Shown here: positions 20,032-30,684 of the stretch, in pieces | How positions within the stretch are numbered: position 1 is the stretch's first letter | Layout: each line of letters opens with the position of its first letter | Origin: Anaerolineaceae bacterium | GTDB taxonomy: Bacteria > Chloroflexota > Anaerolineae > Anaerolineales > Anaerolineaceae | DNA length: 64,000 nucleotides | Direction: 5' to 3' | Assembly: GCA_020845515.1 (NCBI GenBank) | Contig: JADLFQ010000018.1 | Coordinates: 5,186-69,185 of the forward strand | The notes under the pieces: generated by a model | Databases searched by the model: none | Seen by the model: the letters and a program-made list of their open reading frames with translations, nothing else | What the model was told of the DNA's origin: nothing | Program-made: the position numbers and the translations under genes

Positions 20032-20499
20032 TTAATCCACCTGTTCCACCAGGTAGTTCTGAATCGCCATTTGATCAATCTGATCCAATTGGGTTTCGAT
20101 CCAGTCGAGGTGGTTTTCTTCATCCTTGAGGATGGACTCGAGCAGTTCGCGTGTGCCGTTATCTGCCAGATCGCTTGCCAGTTTGATGCCCTCATTGTAA
20201 GACTTGACCGCATCGGTCTCGGCGGCGCAGTCATTTTTAAACTGAACTGGCACGGATGACCCGATGTGGATGCTGTTGAGCTGGCTGACCGTGGGCGACC
20301 CTTCCAGGAAGATAATGCGACCGATGAGCTTCTCGGCGTGCTTCATCTCTTCGATGGCGCGTTTTTCAACCGCCTCGTGCAGATTGCCATATCCCCAGTC
20401 TGCTCACATTTCAGAATGCACCATAGACTGGTTGATGGCTGTTAATTCTTCAGCCAGCAGTGCGTTGAGTTTCGCGATGATTTTCTCATTTCCTTTCAT
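20032..20499 (-). pseudogene. bfr: bacterioferritin interrupted by an in-frame TGA at codon 32 (20404-20406)
   Basis: The minus strand reads MKGNEKIIAKLNALLAEELTAINQSMVHSEM-TGA-ADWGYGNLHEAVEKRAIEEMKHAEKLIGRIIFLEG... in one frame. The track shows only the 104-aa part after the stop. GGAGAAACTTGT lies before the ATG at 20499. Confidence 0.8.
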
Positions 20500-20746
20500 G
20501 ACAAGTTTCTCCTTTTTCTATTATGTTCGTTTTGCCACCGTTGGATTGTTGGTTTTTACTGTTACACCATCCGGCCGTGTTCATACTGGTCGTGCAACCA
20601 ACGCTATTATAACAAATAGTCTGTTTCAGCGTTTTCAGGGAGTTTTTCCAAAAGCCATGGGTTGCGATAATATGCATTTGGAGGCAGGGTTTTCCGGCTG
20701 CCGTGTCCTGTTGAAATGATGGGAAGTGTGTGTCAGAAAGGTTACT

Positions 20747-23179
20747 TTACTCATCGAGCATGACGCGGTTGCGTCCAGCCAGTTTCGCGCGATACATTGC
20801 CTGGTCTGCACGGTGGATGAAAGCCTCCAGGTTGTGGCGACCGGCATGAAGCTGCGCGACCCCCAGGCTCACCGTCACGCCCAAATTGCCGTGGGAAGTT
20901 GGCGCTGCCATGTGCTCCACTGCTATGCGCAGGCGGTTCGCCACTTCGCAAGCGGCGGCCAGATCCGTGTCCACCAGCAAGATCACAAATTCTTCACCGC
21001 CGTACCGCCCGACAAGGTCTATCTCGCGCACACCACTTTTTAAGGTTTTTGCCACCGAGGCCAGCACCCGATCGCCGACAGCATGAGAATACTGGTCATT
21101 GAGGTCCTTAAAATGGTCAATGTCGGCAAAAATTGCGCACAGCGGGCGAAGGAAGCGGGCTGCCCGTTCCACCTCGCGCGCGCCCAGATCCATCAGCCCG
21201 CGCCGGTTGAAAAGCCCGGTCAAATCGTCCATGATGGCCAACCGCTCCAGGCGTGCGTACAGGCGCGCGTTTTCAACTGCAATTGCGGCCTGGTCGGCAA
21301 ACAGTGAAACCAGCCGGATGTCCTCTGTGCTAAACGGCTGTGCGATCTTATCGTCGGCGATATTAATCACCCCGATGACTTTCCCTTTCACTTTAAGCGG
21401 CACGGCCAGCAAGCGTTTGATGTGAAGATCGTCCAGGGATGGGTCTCTCTCTTTCCATGTTGAATAATCGGTGATAAACATGGCTTCCCCGCTCTGCGCC
21501 ACCTTTTCTACGAGGTTTTCTCCCATGTGCGGGGTGTCTCCGGGGTTGTTTGTTGGCAAATGATAGCCGATCACCTGTTCCAGGGTGTTACCTCCCGGCA
21601 TAACCAGATGCAGGCTGCCCATGTGTGCGCCCAACATTTGGGCGGCCTGCTCAACAGTATTTCGGAGCAGCGCGGGGAGTTCGGTTTGTGCGTTGATCGC
21701 CAGCGAGGTGGTGTGCAGGGCTTCCATCTGCCGGGCGTATTTTGCCAGCCGATTTTCCGCCTGGTGGCGCTCTGTGAGATCGTGGATGACGCCATCAATA
21801 TGCACAGGTTTCTCCTGCAATTCCGGCACGGGCCGCCCGCGCTCTACACAGAATCGAAGCTCCCCATTTTTATGCCGGATGCGGTAGGCAACCTCAAACG
21901 GACGATTTGCCTCAACGGCGGTTTTGATCGTGCGATTGACTTTGTTGCGGTCTTCGAGCAGGATCAGCGCTTCGAGCGGGCTGAACTTTCCGGGCGATAT
22001 TTCCGCGGGGGTGTAGCCGGTGATTTCTTTAAGCATCGGGTTGAAAAACTCGGCTGATTTGTCAGCCCCCATGTGCAGGCGAAAAACGATCCCCGGCAGA
22101 TTGCTGGCAAGCGCACGGTAGGAAACTTCGCTGCTGCGTGCCTGAGAGTAGAGCCGCGCCCGCGCGATGGCAATGCGGATGTGCTCAGTCAGCGCCAGCA
22201 TCAAGTTCAAGTCGGCTTGTGTCAGCTTGACGCCCTGGGTGCTTTCTATATCAAAAATGCCGACAAGCGTATCCTGGTCAAATACGGGAACACACACTTC
22301 GGAGGTAATGTTGTCGAGTGCTCCGATGAAATCAGGGTCTGTACGGACATCCTCCAGCAGCACAGGCTGCCCGGTGCGCGCCACCCGCCCGCTGATGCCC
22401 TCATCCAAAGATATTGTCGGAAAGATACTTGCGTAGCCAACCTGATGCTCCATTTCCAGGCGGCCGTTTCGCAGCAAGTACAGGCTTACCTGGGTATAGC
22501 CGAAAGTTTCCGCGGTGGCTTCAACAAGCAGCCGGTAGAGGCTGGGGAGTTCCATTTCATGCGCCAGCGCGATACGCACGCGTTCCAACAGCGCCAGTTC
22601 CTGCGCCTGGCGCTGCGCTGAGAGATATAATGCCTCGTAACGCTCGCGACTTTCCTGCAGGGCTGTTTCGGTCTGCTTTCTTTCTGTGATGTCGAGGAAG
22701 GTGGCCAGCGTTCCAATGTATTTTTGGTTTTCATCCAGTTGTGGGGCGGCGTTGACCAGCATAATCCTTTTGCTGTTGCCAGGGAGGCTGATTTCCAGTT
22801 CGTACAGGCTTTTCTCCCCCGCCAGCCGCTTATTGGTTTCAGAGATTAGTTTTGCAAGGTTCTGTGTGTCGGTAAAATCCGCCAGGCTGCGCCCAATAAG
22901 AGCATCTTGTTCCACCCCCAGAATTGCTCCTGCAAATGAGTTGGCGTATAGGATGACCTCATCCTGTCCAACGACGACGAAACCCTCCGACTGATTTTCC
23001 ATCAGAAAACGGAATGTTTCTTCCTGTAAATTTGCGGTTTTGCGGGCAATATTTTTTTCCTTTTTCTTTCCGGCATGCTGCGGGTAGGCGCGCCAAAATT
23101 TTTTGGCTTGCAAAACGGAAAACAACACCAGCGCGGTTTCTTTAATGGTGAGAAGATACTGATTAAAAAGATTTTTCAT
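20747..23179 (-). CDS. PAS/GAF multi-sensor diguanylate cyclase (GGDEF)
   Basis: C-terminal DDLTGLFNRRG...RYGGEEFVILL, with alternating PAS and GAF modules upstream. Confidence 0.85.
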   Translation of the reverse strand: MKNLFNQYLLTIKETALVLFSVLQAKKFWRAYPQHAGKKKEKNIARKTANLQEETFRFLMENQSEGFVVVGQDEVILYANSFAGAILGVEQDALIGRSLADFTDTQNLAKLISETNKRLAGEKSLYELEISLPGNSKRIMLVNAAPQLDENQKYIGTLATFLDITERKQTETALQESRERYEALYLSAQRQAQELALLERVRIALAHEMELPSLYRLLVEATAETFGYTQVSLYLLRNGRLEMEHQVGYASIFPTISLDEGISGRVARTGQPVLLEDVRTDPDFIGALDNITSEVCVPVFDQDTLVGIFDIESTQGVKLTQADLNLMLALTEHIRIAIARARLYSQARSSEVSYRALASNLPGIVFRLHMGADKSAEFFNPMLKEITGYTPAEISPGKFSPLEALILLEDRNKVNRTIKTAVEANRPFEVAYRIRHKNGELRFCVERGRPVPELQEKPVHIDGVIHDLTERHQAENRLAKYARQMEALHTTSLAINAQTELPALLRNTVEQAAQMLGAHMGSLHLVMPGGNTLEQVIGYHLPTNNPGDTPHMGENLVEKVAQSGEAMFITDYSTWKERDPSLDDLHIKRLLAVPLKVKGKVIGVINIADDKIAQPFSTEDIRLVSLFADQAAIAVENARLYARLERLAIMDDLTGLFNRRGLMDLGAREVERAARFLRPLCAIFADIDHFKDLNDQYSHAVGDRVLASVAKTLKSGVREIDLVGRYGGEEFVILLVDTDLAAACEVANRLRIAVEHMAAPTSHGNLGVTVSLGVAQLHAGRHNLEAFIHRADQAMYRAKLAGRNRVMLDE

Positions 23180-23386
23180 TTCATTACAATGTTTGGCGGG
23201 GTGGACAATTGTATCCTCACAAGGAGCTTGTTCTTTGGTAAGAATCTAACACAAACCAGCCGCAGATACAATCCGCGTTGTTTGCATTTTGCCTACAACT
23301 TTATGGAGATAGCGGTTCGGAACGGCGGAACATGAACTGATCTCATCGAAGCGAGGCCATCCGGCAATTGTGGTAAACTTTGAGCG

Positions 23387-25780
23387 ATGGATGAGAAGAC
23401 GCTGCACATTTTGGAATTTCCGGTTGTGCTGGAGCGGTTGGCAGCGTATGCCGATTTTTCCGCTTCTGCAGAGCTGGCGCGCGCTTTGCATCCTTCCCGC
23501 TTGATGGAGGAAGTGCTGCTGCGCCAGGCGCGCACTGCCGAAGCCCGGCGGCTGCTCAGCCTCGACAGCACGATAAGCGTAGGCGGGGCGCGCGATATCC
23601 GCGCCAAGGTGGAACTGGCTGCGCACGCCGGTGTGCTCGAAGAGGCGGAACTCCTCGATATCCGCAATACACTGATTGCCGCCCGCGAGCTGGGACGCAC
23701 GCTGGAGCGCCACGCGGCTGTGGCGCCCAACCTGGCGCTGCCGGGAGCCAGTCTGCCGCCGCCGGCGGGGGTGATTGAGGCGATTAGCCGGGCGATTTCA
23801 GACCGGGGCGAGGTGGTGGACGGCGCTTCAGACCGCCTTGCCAGCATCCGGCGCGAGCTTAAAGCCGCGCATGACCGCCTGCTGGGACGCCTGGAGCGCA
23901 TCATTAACGACCCCAAAAACATTCCCATGCTGCAGGATACCCTGATCACCCAGCGCAATGGACGCTATGTTGTCCCGCTGCGGGCGGAGTTTAAGGGGCA
24001 ATTGCGCTCCATCATTCATGATCAATCTTCTTCGGGCGCGACGCTCTTTGTAGAACCGTTGGTTGTTGTAGAGCTGAACAACCAGCAGCGCGAGCTGCAA
24101 CTGGCGGAGCGCGACGAAGTCCGGCGTATTCTGGCGGAGCTTTCCGCGCAGGTTGGCGGACATGCTGCTGCGTTGATTGCCATGCTCGGCGCGCTGGCAC
24201 AAATTGACCTGGCGTTGATGTGCGCCCGTTACGCGGATGATCTGCATGCATCCGAGCCGGTGATCGTCCCCTCCCGGCCGCGCGCGGGGCATCCGGGGTC
24301 GGTCATCCAACTGATGCATGCCCGCCACCCGCTGCTGCCGCCGGAGAAGGTTGTTCCGGTGGATATCATGCTGGATGAGAGCACCTTTGCGGTGGTGATT
24401 ACAGGGCCCAACACTGGCGGCAAAACGGTCACGCTTAAGACTGTTGGCTTGCTGGCGGTGATGGCACAATCGGGGCTGCATATTCCGGCACAATCCGGCT
24501 CCACGCTGAGCCTGTTTGAAAATGTATTCGCGGATATTGGCGATGAGCAATCCATTGAGCAGTCGCTTTCCACCTTTTCCGGGCACATCACCAACATTGT
24601 GCGCATCCTCAAGCGCGCTGTCCCCCGGACGCTGGTGCTGCTGGATGAACTGGGCGCCGGTACCGACCCGCAGGAAGGCGCCGCACTGGCGCGTGCCTTG
24701 CTGGCAGATCTGGTTGCGCGCACCATCCCGTGCCTGGCGGCCACCCACTATCCGGAGCTGAAAGCCTTTGCGCACGCGACCCCCGGCGTGGTCAACGCCA
24801 GTATGGAATTTGACCTGCAAACCCTGCGCCCCACCTACCGTCTGACCATCGGGCTGCCAGGGCGTTCCAACGCGCTGCTGATTGCCGAACGGCTGGGGTT
24901 GAGGCAGGAGATCATCCGGAACGCCCGCGCCACGATTGATCCTGCCGATTTGCGCGCCGAAGACCTGCTGGATGAGATCCACCGCCAGCGCGAGCAAGCC
25001 CGCGAGGCCCGCGCAGAAACAGTGCGTTCACTTCAAGCAGCGGAAGAAGCGCGCGGTGAGCTGGAGCAGCGGTTGGAAAACATTGAGGATGAGCGCCTGA
25101 AAGTGCTGGAAAGCACCCGTGCCCAGGCGCAGGAAGAGTTGGAGGCGCTGCGCCGGGAACTGGAGAGCACGCGCCGCGAACTGCAACGCGCCCGCCAGCC
25201 GCTTGAAGCGCTCAAACCAGTGCAGGAAAGCGTGGAGGCGTTGGAGGCGGAAGTTGAAAAACCGGTTGTCCGGCGTGTCCGGCCGCAGTCAAAGCGCGCG
25301 CCGCTGCGGGTGGGCTCACGCGTTCACCTGCCTGCTCTGCACGCGGAGGGCGTGGTGACCGCGATCGGCGAGAATGACCTGGAAGTGCAAATTGGCGCGC
25401 TGCGTCTGCGGGCGCGTCCAAATGATATTCAAGTTGCCGGGGAGGAGCAAACACCTGCCCCTCCGCCCAAACCCGCCCCGCGCCCACGGACAGGCAAAAA
25501 AGAGGCGCCGGCGGCCATCTTTCATGCTTCTCCGGGGGTTGAATTGGATCTGCGCGGCCAACGCGCCGAAGATGCCCTGCCGGCGCTGGAACGCTTTTTG
25601 GAACAGGCCTACCTGGCCGGGCTGCCGTATGTGCGCATCATCCATGGCAAGGGAACCGGCCGGCTGCGCCAGGCGGCGCGCGAGACGCTGCGCCAATTGC
25701 CACAGGCAGCGCGTTTTGAAAACGGTCTGGATAGCGAAGGCGGCGAAGGCGTCACCGTTGTGCATCTGAAGGGCGATTGA
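23387..25780 (+). CDS. mutS2: endonuclease MutS2 (MutS ATPase plus C-terminal Smr domain)
   Basis: ITGPNTGGKTV Walker A, DELGAGTDP, a coiled-coil region, and Smr LDLRGQRAEDAL...IIHGKGTGRLR. Confidence 0.9.
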   Translation: MDEKTLHILEFPVVLERLAAYADFSASAELARALHPSRLMEEVLLRQARTAEARRLLSLDSTISVGGARDIRAKVELAAHAGVLEEAELLDIRNTLIAARELGRTLERHAAVAPNLALPGASLPPPAGVIEAISRAISDRGEVVDGASDRLASIRRELKAAHDRLLGRLERIINDPKNIPMLQDTLITQRNGRYVVPLRAEFKGQLRSIIHDQSSSGATLFVEPLVVVELNNQQRELQLAERDEVRRILAELSAQVGGHAAALIAMLGALAQIDLALMCARYADDLHASEPVIVPSRPRAGHPGSVIQLMHARHPLLPPEKVVPVDIMLDESTFAVVITGPNTGGKTVTLKTVGLLAVMAQSGLHIPAQSGSTLSLFENVFADIGDEQSIEQSLSTFSGHITNIVRILKRAVPRTLVLLDELGAGTDPQEGAALARALLADLVARTIPCLAATHYPELKAFAHATPGVVNASMEFDLQTLRPTYRLTIGLPGRSNALLIAERLGLRQEIIRNARATIDPADLRAEDLLDEIHRQREQAREARAETVRSLQAAEEARGELEQRLENIEDERLKVLESTRAQAQEELEALRRELESTRRELQRARQPLEALKPVQESVEALEAEVEKPVVRRVRPQSKRAPLRVGSRVHLPALHAEGVVTAIGENDLEVQIGALRLRARPNDIQVAGEEQTPAPPPKPAPRPRTGKKEAPAAIFHASPGVELDLRGQRAEDALPALERFLEQAYLAGLPYVRIIHGKGTGRLRQAARETLRQLPQAARFENGLDSEGGEGVTVVHLKGD

Positions 25781-25847
25781 AGGCCCGCATTCTTGAGAAC
25801 AGTTATAATAGAAGAAGGAATAAAAAAACTCCGTTTGGGAGGAAGCT

Positions 25848-27143
25848 ATGGCTTTGGAAATTGTCGTCGGCACACAATGGGGGGATGAGGGCAAGGGGCG
25901 CGTGGTGGACATGCTTTCGGCCGGTGCGGCAATTGTAGCCCGGTACAATGGAGGGGATAACGCCGGACATACCGTTACGGTAGGCTCCACAACCTTCAAA
26001 CTGCATCTGCTGCCTTCCGGTATGATTCACCCTGAAACGATGGGCATTTTGGGGACAGGCGTGGTGATTAACCCTGCCACACTGCTCAAAGAGATGGACA
26101 TGCTGCGATCGCGCGGCCTGGAGGTCACCCCGCAGCGCTTGCGACTCTCATTTGCCGCCCACCTGATTACACCGGTGCACCAGGCGCTGGATGCCGCGCA
26201 GGAGGCCGCACGCGGCAAAGACCAACTGGGCACCACAGGCCGGGGCATTGGTCCGGCTTATACAGACAGAGCCTCGCGCCGGGGACTGCGCGCCATGGAT
26301 CTGCTCGATCTCGACCAGTTTGCGGAAAAATTCAAGGTGCATATCGCCGCAGCCAACCTGGCGCTGGTCAACCTGTACCATGCCGAACCGCTGGATGGAG
26401 CGGCGCTGCTGCCGGAGTATCTGAATTTTGCCCGTCAGCTTCAGCCTTATGTAGATGATGTTGGCCGCCAAGTGCAAGCGGCGCTGGCTGAGGGCAAACG
26501 CGTGCTGGCTGAGGGCGCGCAAGGCACGCTGCTGGATATTGATCTGGGCACTTATCCGTTTGTCACCAGCTCTTCCTCGCTGGCGCCGGCTGCGCTGACC
26601 GGATTGGGCATCGGGATCATGCCGGTCGGGCGCATTATAGGCGTGACCAAGGCTTTTCAGACCCGCGTTGGTGCGGGGCCTTTTCCGACCGAGGTGATGG
26701 ACGAGAACGCGGAGCGCCTGCGCGGTACGGGATCAAAACCCTGGGACGAGTTTGGCACCACCACCGGGCGGCCGCGCCGGGTGGGCTGGCTTGACGGCGT
26801 CTTGCTGCGCTATGCTGTGCGCATCAACGGCGTCACCGAACAAACGCTGACGAAGATGGATGTGCTCAGCGGTCTGCCCGTCCAGCGCATCTGTGTGGCA
26901 TACCGCACCGGCGACAAGATCTGGGATCACCTGCCGATGGGACCGGCAGACCTCTCCACTTTTGAGGCGGTCTATGAAGATCTGCCAAGTTGGGATGCCG
27001 ATCTGACGGGCATCCGCACTTGGGAGGAGCTGCCTTCCGCGGCAAAGCAATATGTCTGCCGTGTGGAAGAAGTCAGTGGCGTGCCTGTGAGCTATATCTC
27101 AGTTGGGCCTGAACGTGATCAGGTGATCGAACGAAGCGTGTGA
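25848..27143 (+). CDS. purA: adenylosuccinate synthetase
   Basis: GTQWGDEGKGRVVD P-loop, GTTGRGIGPAY and GTTTGRPRR motifs. GGAGG precedes the ATG. Confidence 0.9.
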   Translation: MALEIVVGTQWGDEGKGRVVDMLSAGAAIVARYNGGDNAGHTVTVGSTTFKLHLLPSGMIHPETMGILGTGVVINPATLLKEMDMLRSRGLEVTPQRLRLSFAAHLITPVHQALDAAQEAARGKDQLGTTGRGIGPAYTDRASRRGLRAMDLLDLDQFAEKFKVHIAAANLALVNLYHAEPLDGAALLPEYLNFARQLQPYVDDVGRQVQAALAEGKRVLAEGAQGTLLDIDLGTYPFVTSSSSLAPAALTGLGIGIMPVGRIIGVTKAFQTRVGAGPFPTEVMDENAERLRGTGSKPWDEFGTTTGRPRRVGWLDGVLLRYAVRINGVTEQTLTKMDVLSGLPVQRICVAYRTGDKIWDHLPMGPADLSTFEAVYEDLPSWDADLTGIRTWEELPSAAKQYVCRVEEVSGVPVSYISVGPERDQVIERSV

Positions 27144-28006
27144 AGTTCCTGCGCGTGTTCGGATGGACGGGAGCTGCCGCCTGGCTGTTGTCAGCCTGCG
27201 CTGGATTCTTGCCGTCTCCCACCGAAATTCCGCCAACTCCGACTGAACCTCCCCCCTCTGCGGCGACCAGCACGATTGTCTGGTTCCCTGCCACCGACAC
27301 CCCCCGTCCGGTGGTCACCCCCAGCGTTCAGCCGAGCCGCGATCTGCACCCCGGTGTGGATGAGCAGATTTTCGATGATCCTTTCACCTCCGATTCCGCC
27401 TGGCAGACCGCGCGCGGCGGGGAAGCCAGCATTGCCTATGGAAACAACGAACTCACCCTGGCGATCAGGCAGCCCAAGGTCTCGCTCGCGAGCATGAACA
27501 GCGAGCTTTTCCTGAGCGATTTTTACCTGGAAGTGACTGCCAACCCCAGCTTGTGCCGGGGGGAGGATGTTTACGGACTGCTGCTGCGGGCGGCGACTTC
27601 GTCGGACGGTTACCGCTGGTTGTTTTCATGCAATGGTCAAATTCGCCTGGAGCGTCTCAAGAACGGTAAAATAACCGTACTTCAGGACTGGGTATACAGC
27701 GGGCAGGCGCCGCCCGGCTCGCCTTCTCTTTTACGACTTGGTGTGTGGGCATTGCGCGATGAGCTGCGTTTTTTTGTAAATGACTTTTACCAGTTCAGCG
27801 CCAGCGATGCGCTCTGGCGCAGCGGCGGGCTGGGCTTCTTCGCCCGCTCGGCGGGCAACACCGCGCTGACGGTCAACTTCACCAACTTGAAGGTCTATTC
27901 CCTTAACCCTGCCGATGTCCCGCCAACCGAAACTCCCACCATCACCCCTACGCTGACCACCACCGCGACGCGCATCGCGCCAAAGCCGACGTATATTGTA
28001 CAATAG
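27140..28006 (+). CDS. putative lipoprotein with a P/T-rich linker and a beta-sandwich-like domain
   Basis: The GTG start overlaps the purA stop (GTGA). LLSAC lipobox, then PTEIPPTPTEPPP linkers. Confidence 0.55.
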   Translation: MKFLRVFGWTGAAAWLLSACAGFLPSPTEIPPTPTEPPPSAATSTIVWFPATDTPRPVVTPSVQPSRDLHPGVDEQIFDDPFTSDSAWQTARGGEASIAYGNNELTLAIRQPKVSLASMNSELFLSDFYLEVTANPSLCRGEDVYGLLLRAATSSDGYRWLFSCNGQIRLERLKNGKITVLQDWVYSGQAPPGSPSLLRLGVWALRDELRFFVNDFYQFSASDALWRSGGLGFFARSAGNTALTVNFTNLKVYSLNPADVPPTETPTITPTLTTTATRIAPKPTYIVQ

Positions 28007-28090
28007 GGAGTTCACCGCCCACATACAGGAAGCGGTTCATCATGGCACTAAAACAGAAAAATGATTTTCAACACCCCTTAGGATGACAAG

Positions 28091-28879
28091 ATGTATGATT
28101 CTTTTAGCGTAGATTACGATCGTTTCGTCAACTGGAAAAACCGCCTGACGTTTGAAATGCCGTTCATCGAAACGCTCCTCCGGCCATTGGGGGAAGAGGC
28201 GGGCGGCCGCCCGGTGCGCATTCTGGACGCCGCCGCCGGTACCGGCATGCACGCCATTGAACTGGCGCGGCGCGGGTATGAAGCCGCCGGCGCTGACCTG
28301 AGCGCGGGGATGATTGAACGGGCACGCGCCAACGCCGCGGCCGCGGGTGTTCATGTCCGCTTTGAAGCCGCCGGTTTTGGCGACCTGCACAGCACTTTTT
28401 TTCCGGATGCCGCCATGCCGCCTTTTGATGCGGTCTTGTGCCTGGGAAACTCCATCCCCCACTTGTTAAGCTCCGCTGAAATTCAGAACGCTCTGACCGA
28501 TTTTGCCGCCTGTCTGCGCCCGGGCGGGCTGGTTTTGATTCAGAATCGCAATTTCGACGCGGTTGCGGCGCGCAGCGAACGCTGGATGGAGCCACAGTCG
28601 CATCGTGAGGACGGCGCGGAGTGGATCTTTCTGCGCTTTTACGACTTTCTGCCGGACGGACTGATCAACTTTAACATCATCACGCTGCACCGCGCTGGAG
28701 AGGGCGGCTGGCAGCAGCAGGTGAGCAGCACCGGGCTGTACCCGCTGCGAGAGGCGGAACTCACGCGACACCTGAGCATCGCCGGGTTTGCCCCGCCCGC
28801 GCGCCATGGCAGTATGACCGGCGAGGACTTTAACCCTGAAAAAAGCGGCAACCTGGTGGCCGCTGCACGCAAGCTTTAA
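28091..28879 (+). CDS. class I SAM-dependent methyltransferase
   Basis: ILDAAAGTGMHAIELARRG motif I and ADLSAGMI motif II. Confidence 0.75.
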   Translation: MYDSFSVDYDRFVNWKNRLTFEMPFIETLLRPLGEEAGGRPVRILDAAAGTGMHAIELARRGYEAAGADLSAGMIERARANAAAAGVHVRFEAAGFGDLHSTFFPDAAMPPFDAVLCLGNSIPHLLSSAEIQNALTDFAACLRPGGLVLIQNRNFDAVAARSERWMEPQSHREDGAEWIFLRFYDFLPDGLINFNIITLHRAGEGGWQQQVSSTGLYPLREAELTRHLSIAGFAPPARHGSMTGEDFNPEKSGNLVAAARKL

Positions 28880-28926
28880 GAGCGATTGTCTTCTCCCGAG
28901 AGGGGGCGGCGCACAAACAGTCTGTT

Positions 28927-29832
28927 TTAACCCCCTGCCCCGTACACCTGTTTGGCGACGCGGTAGGTCTGGACGTGCGCCTGCACGGTAAGTTCCACCG
29001 GTTCAGCGTATCCGCCTCCCATCACCAGCGCAAGCGGGATTTTCCGGCTGTGGCACGCCTCAAACACACGGCGGTCGCGCCGCTCCAGCCCCTCCATGCT
29101 CAGGCTCAAGCGCCCCAGGCGATCTTCGTTCAGCGGATCCACACCGGCCTGGTAAAAGACGAACTGCGGATCGAAAGCCAGCACAGCTTCCAACCCTTCT
29201 TCCAGCGCATCCATGTACTCCTCATCGCCGCAGCAATCGGGCAGGTCAATGTCCAGTGTGGAAGGGGAGCGGCGGTAAGGGTAATTCTTCGCGCCGTGCA
29301 GGCTGAGCAGGAAGACCTCCGGGCGTCCGTTTAGGATGGCGGCTGTGCCGTTGCCCTGATGCACGTCGAGATCAATGACGGCAAGGCGCTGCAGTTTGTC
29401 TGCTGCGAGCAAATCCAGCACGGCGACTGCCAGGTCGTTGAACACGCAGTAGCCCATGCCTTCACCGGCAAGGGCGTGGTGGGTGCCGCCCGCCAGGTTG
29501 CCGGAGAAGCCAGCTGCGAGCGCCTGATAAGCTGCCGTCAGTGTGCCGCCCACGCTTGCCAGCGAGCGACGGAAGAGTTCGGGGCTCCACGGCAAACCGG
29601 TCTGGCGCACGATGCGTGTATCCAGCGTTCCGGCGGCGACCGCGTCGTAATAGTCTGCGGTGTGTGCCCGCAGGATCTGCTGGCGTGAGGCCAGAGGAGA
29701 GGGGAAAAGCTCTGCGGGGGAGAGCACATCCTCTTCCAGCAAAGCCTGGCGCAGGCGGGCGTATTTTTTTATCGGAAAGCGGTGCCCCGGCGGCAGGGCG
29801 ACGGTAAAGTGATCGGAGTAAAAGACTTTCAT
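28927..29832 (-). CDS. histone deacetylase-family (HDAC/AcuC-like) amidohydrolase
   Basis: Start chosen at MKVFYSDHF (29832). GGTHHA, DLDVHQGNGT and GGGY motifs. Confidence 0.8.
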   Translation of the reverse strand: MKVFYSDHFTVALPPGHRFPIKKYARLRQALLEEDVLSPAELFPSPLASRQQILRAHTADYYDAVAAGTLDTRIVRQTGLPWSPELFRRSLASVGGTLTAAYQALAAGFSGNLAGGTHHALAGEGMGYCVFNDLAVAVLDLLAADKLQRLAVIDLDVHQGNGTAAILNGRPEVFLLSLHGAKNYPYRRSPSTLDIDLPDCCGDEEYMDALEEGLEAVLAFDPQFVFYQAGVDPLNEDRLGRLSLSMEGLERRDRRVFEACHSRKIPLALVMGGGYAEPVELTVQAHVQTYRVAKQVYGAGG

Positions 29833-29950
29833 GCCAATGATTCTACCTGATAAGCGCTTCTGCCGGGGGATAACCGGAAAGTTGGGTTGAAAAAAACGCG
29901 GTTCAAGGGCTAAAATAACGACGTACTTTAATTTCAAGGAGTTGATTTTT

Positions 29951-30670
29951 ATGAAAACCATTGGTCTGATCGGCGGCATGAGTTGGGAGTCTTCCCTAGA
30001 ATATTACCGGATTATTAATGAAGCCATCAAAGCAAGGCTCGGCGGGTTTCATTCCGCCAAGAGCATCTTATATTCGGTAGATTTTGCCGAGATTGAGAGC
30101 CTCCAGCGATCTGGAAGGTGGGAAGAGGCAGCCGGGATGCTGGCGGGCGCAGCGAAAAGCCTGGAGAATGGCGGCGCTGATTGTGTTGTCTTGTGCACGA
30201 ATACCATGCACAAGGTGGCGGAGGAGATCGAGACCAGCGTCAACATTCCGTTTCTTCATATTGTGGACACAACGGCGCAACAGATCAAGCGTGCCGGTAT
30301 TCGGAAAGCAGGGCTGTTAGGGACGCGTTTTACGATGGAGGAAGAATTTTATGTCAACAGGCTTGTTCAAAAGCATGGTCTGGATATTCTCATCCCGGAT
30401 GCTCAAGGGCGGGAGCTTGTGCACCGTGTGATTTTTGATGAGCTGGTGTTGGGGGAAATTCGCCTGCCTTCCAAGGAGAGGTATCTTGATGTTATTGCGC
30501 AGATGGTTGAGCAAGGCGCTGAAGGAATTATCCTGGGGTGCACTGAAATTGGGCTGTTGGTTCACGCGCAGGATTGCCTGGTCCCGCTTTTTGACACCGC
30601 GAGGATCCACGCCGAAGCAGCGGTTGAATTTTCACTGGGAACCGCCCGTCAGGGCAGCCCCGATATATAA
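29951..30670 (+). CDS. aspartate/glutamate racemase family protein
   Basis: MKTIGLIGGMSWESSLEYY...CTNTMH...LGCTEI (two catalytic Cys motifs). AAGGAG lies 10 nt upstream of the ATG. Confidence 0.8.
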   Translation: MKTIGLIGGMSWESSLEYYRIINEAIKARLGGFHSAKSILYSVDFAEIESLQRSGRWEEAAGMLAGAAKSLENGGADCVVLCTNTMHKVAEEIETSVNIPFLHIVDTTAQQIKRAGIRKAGLLGTRFTMEEEFYVNRLVQKHGLDILIPDAQGRELVHRVIFDELVLGEIRLPSKERYLDVIAQMVEQGAEGIILGCTEIGLLVHAQDCLVPLFDTARIHAEAAVEFSLGTARQGSPDI

Positions 30671-30684
30671 CAGGTATGGAAATG

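Noticed and set aside
20404-20406. Selenocysteine (or a recoded UGA) in bacterioferritin
   Set aside because: I could not see a convincing stem-loop immediately 3' of the UGA. The aligned residue in homologs is aromatic rather than Cys. TGA terminates other genes in the window. A nonsense mutation or a sequencing error is more economical, but this cannot be settled without reads.
20500-20746. Fur box upstream of bfr (GCGATAATATGCATTTG), and an extended -10 element TGTTATAAT with a long structured leader
   Set aside because: There is only a partial match to the GATAATGATAATCATTATC consensus. It is plausible for an iron-storage gene but cannot be verified by eye.
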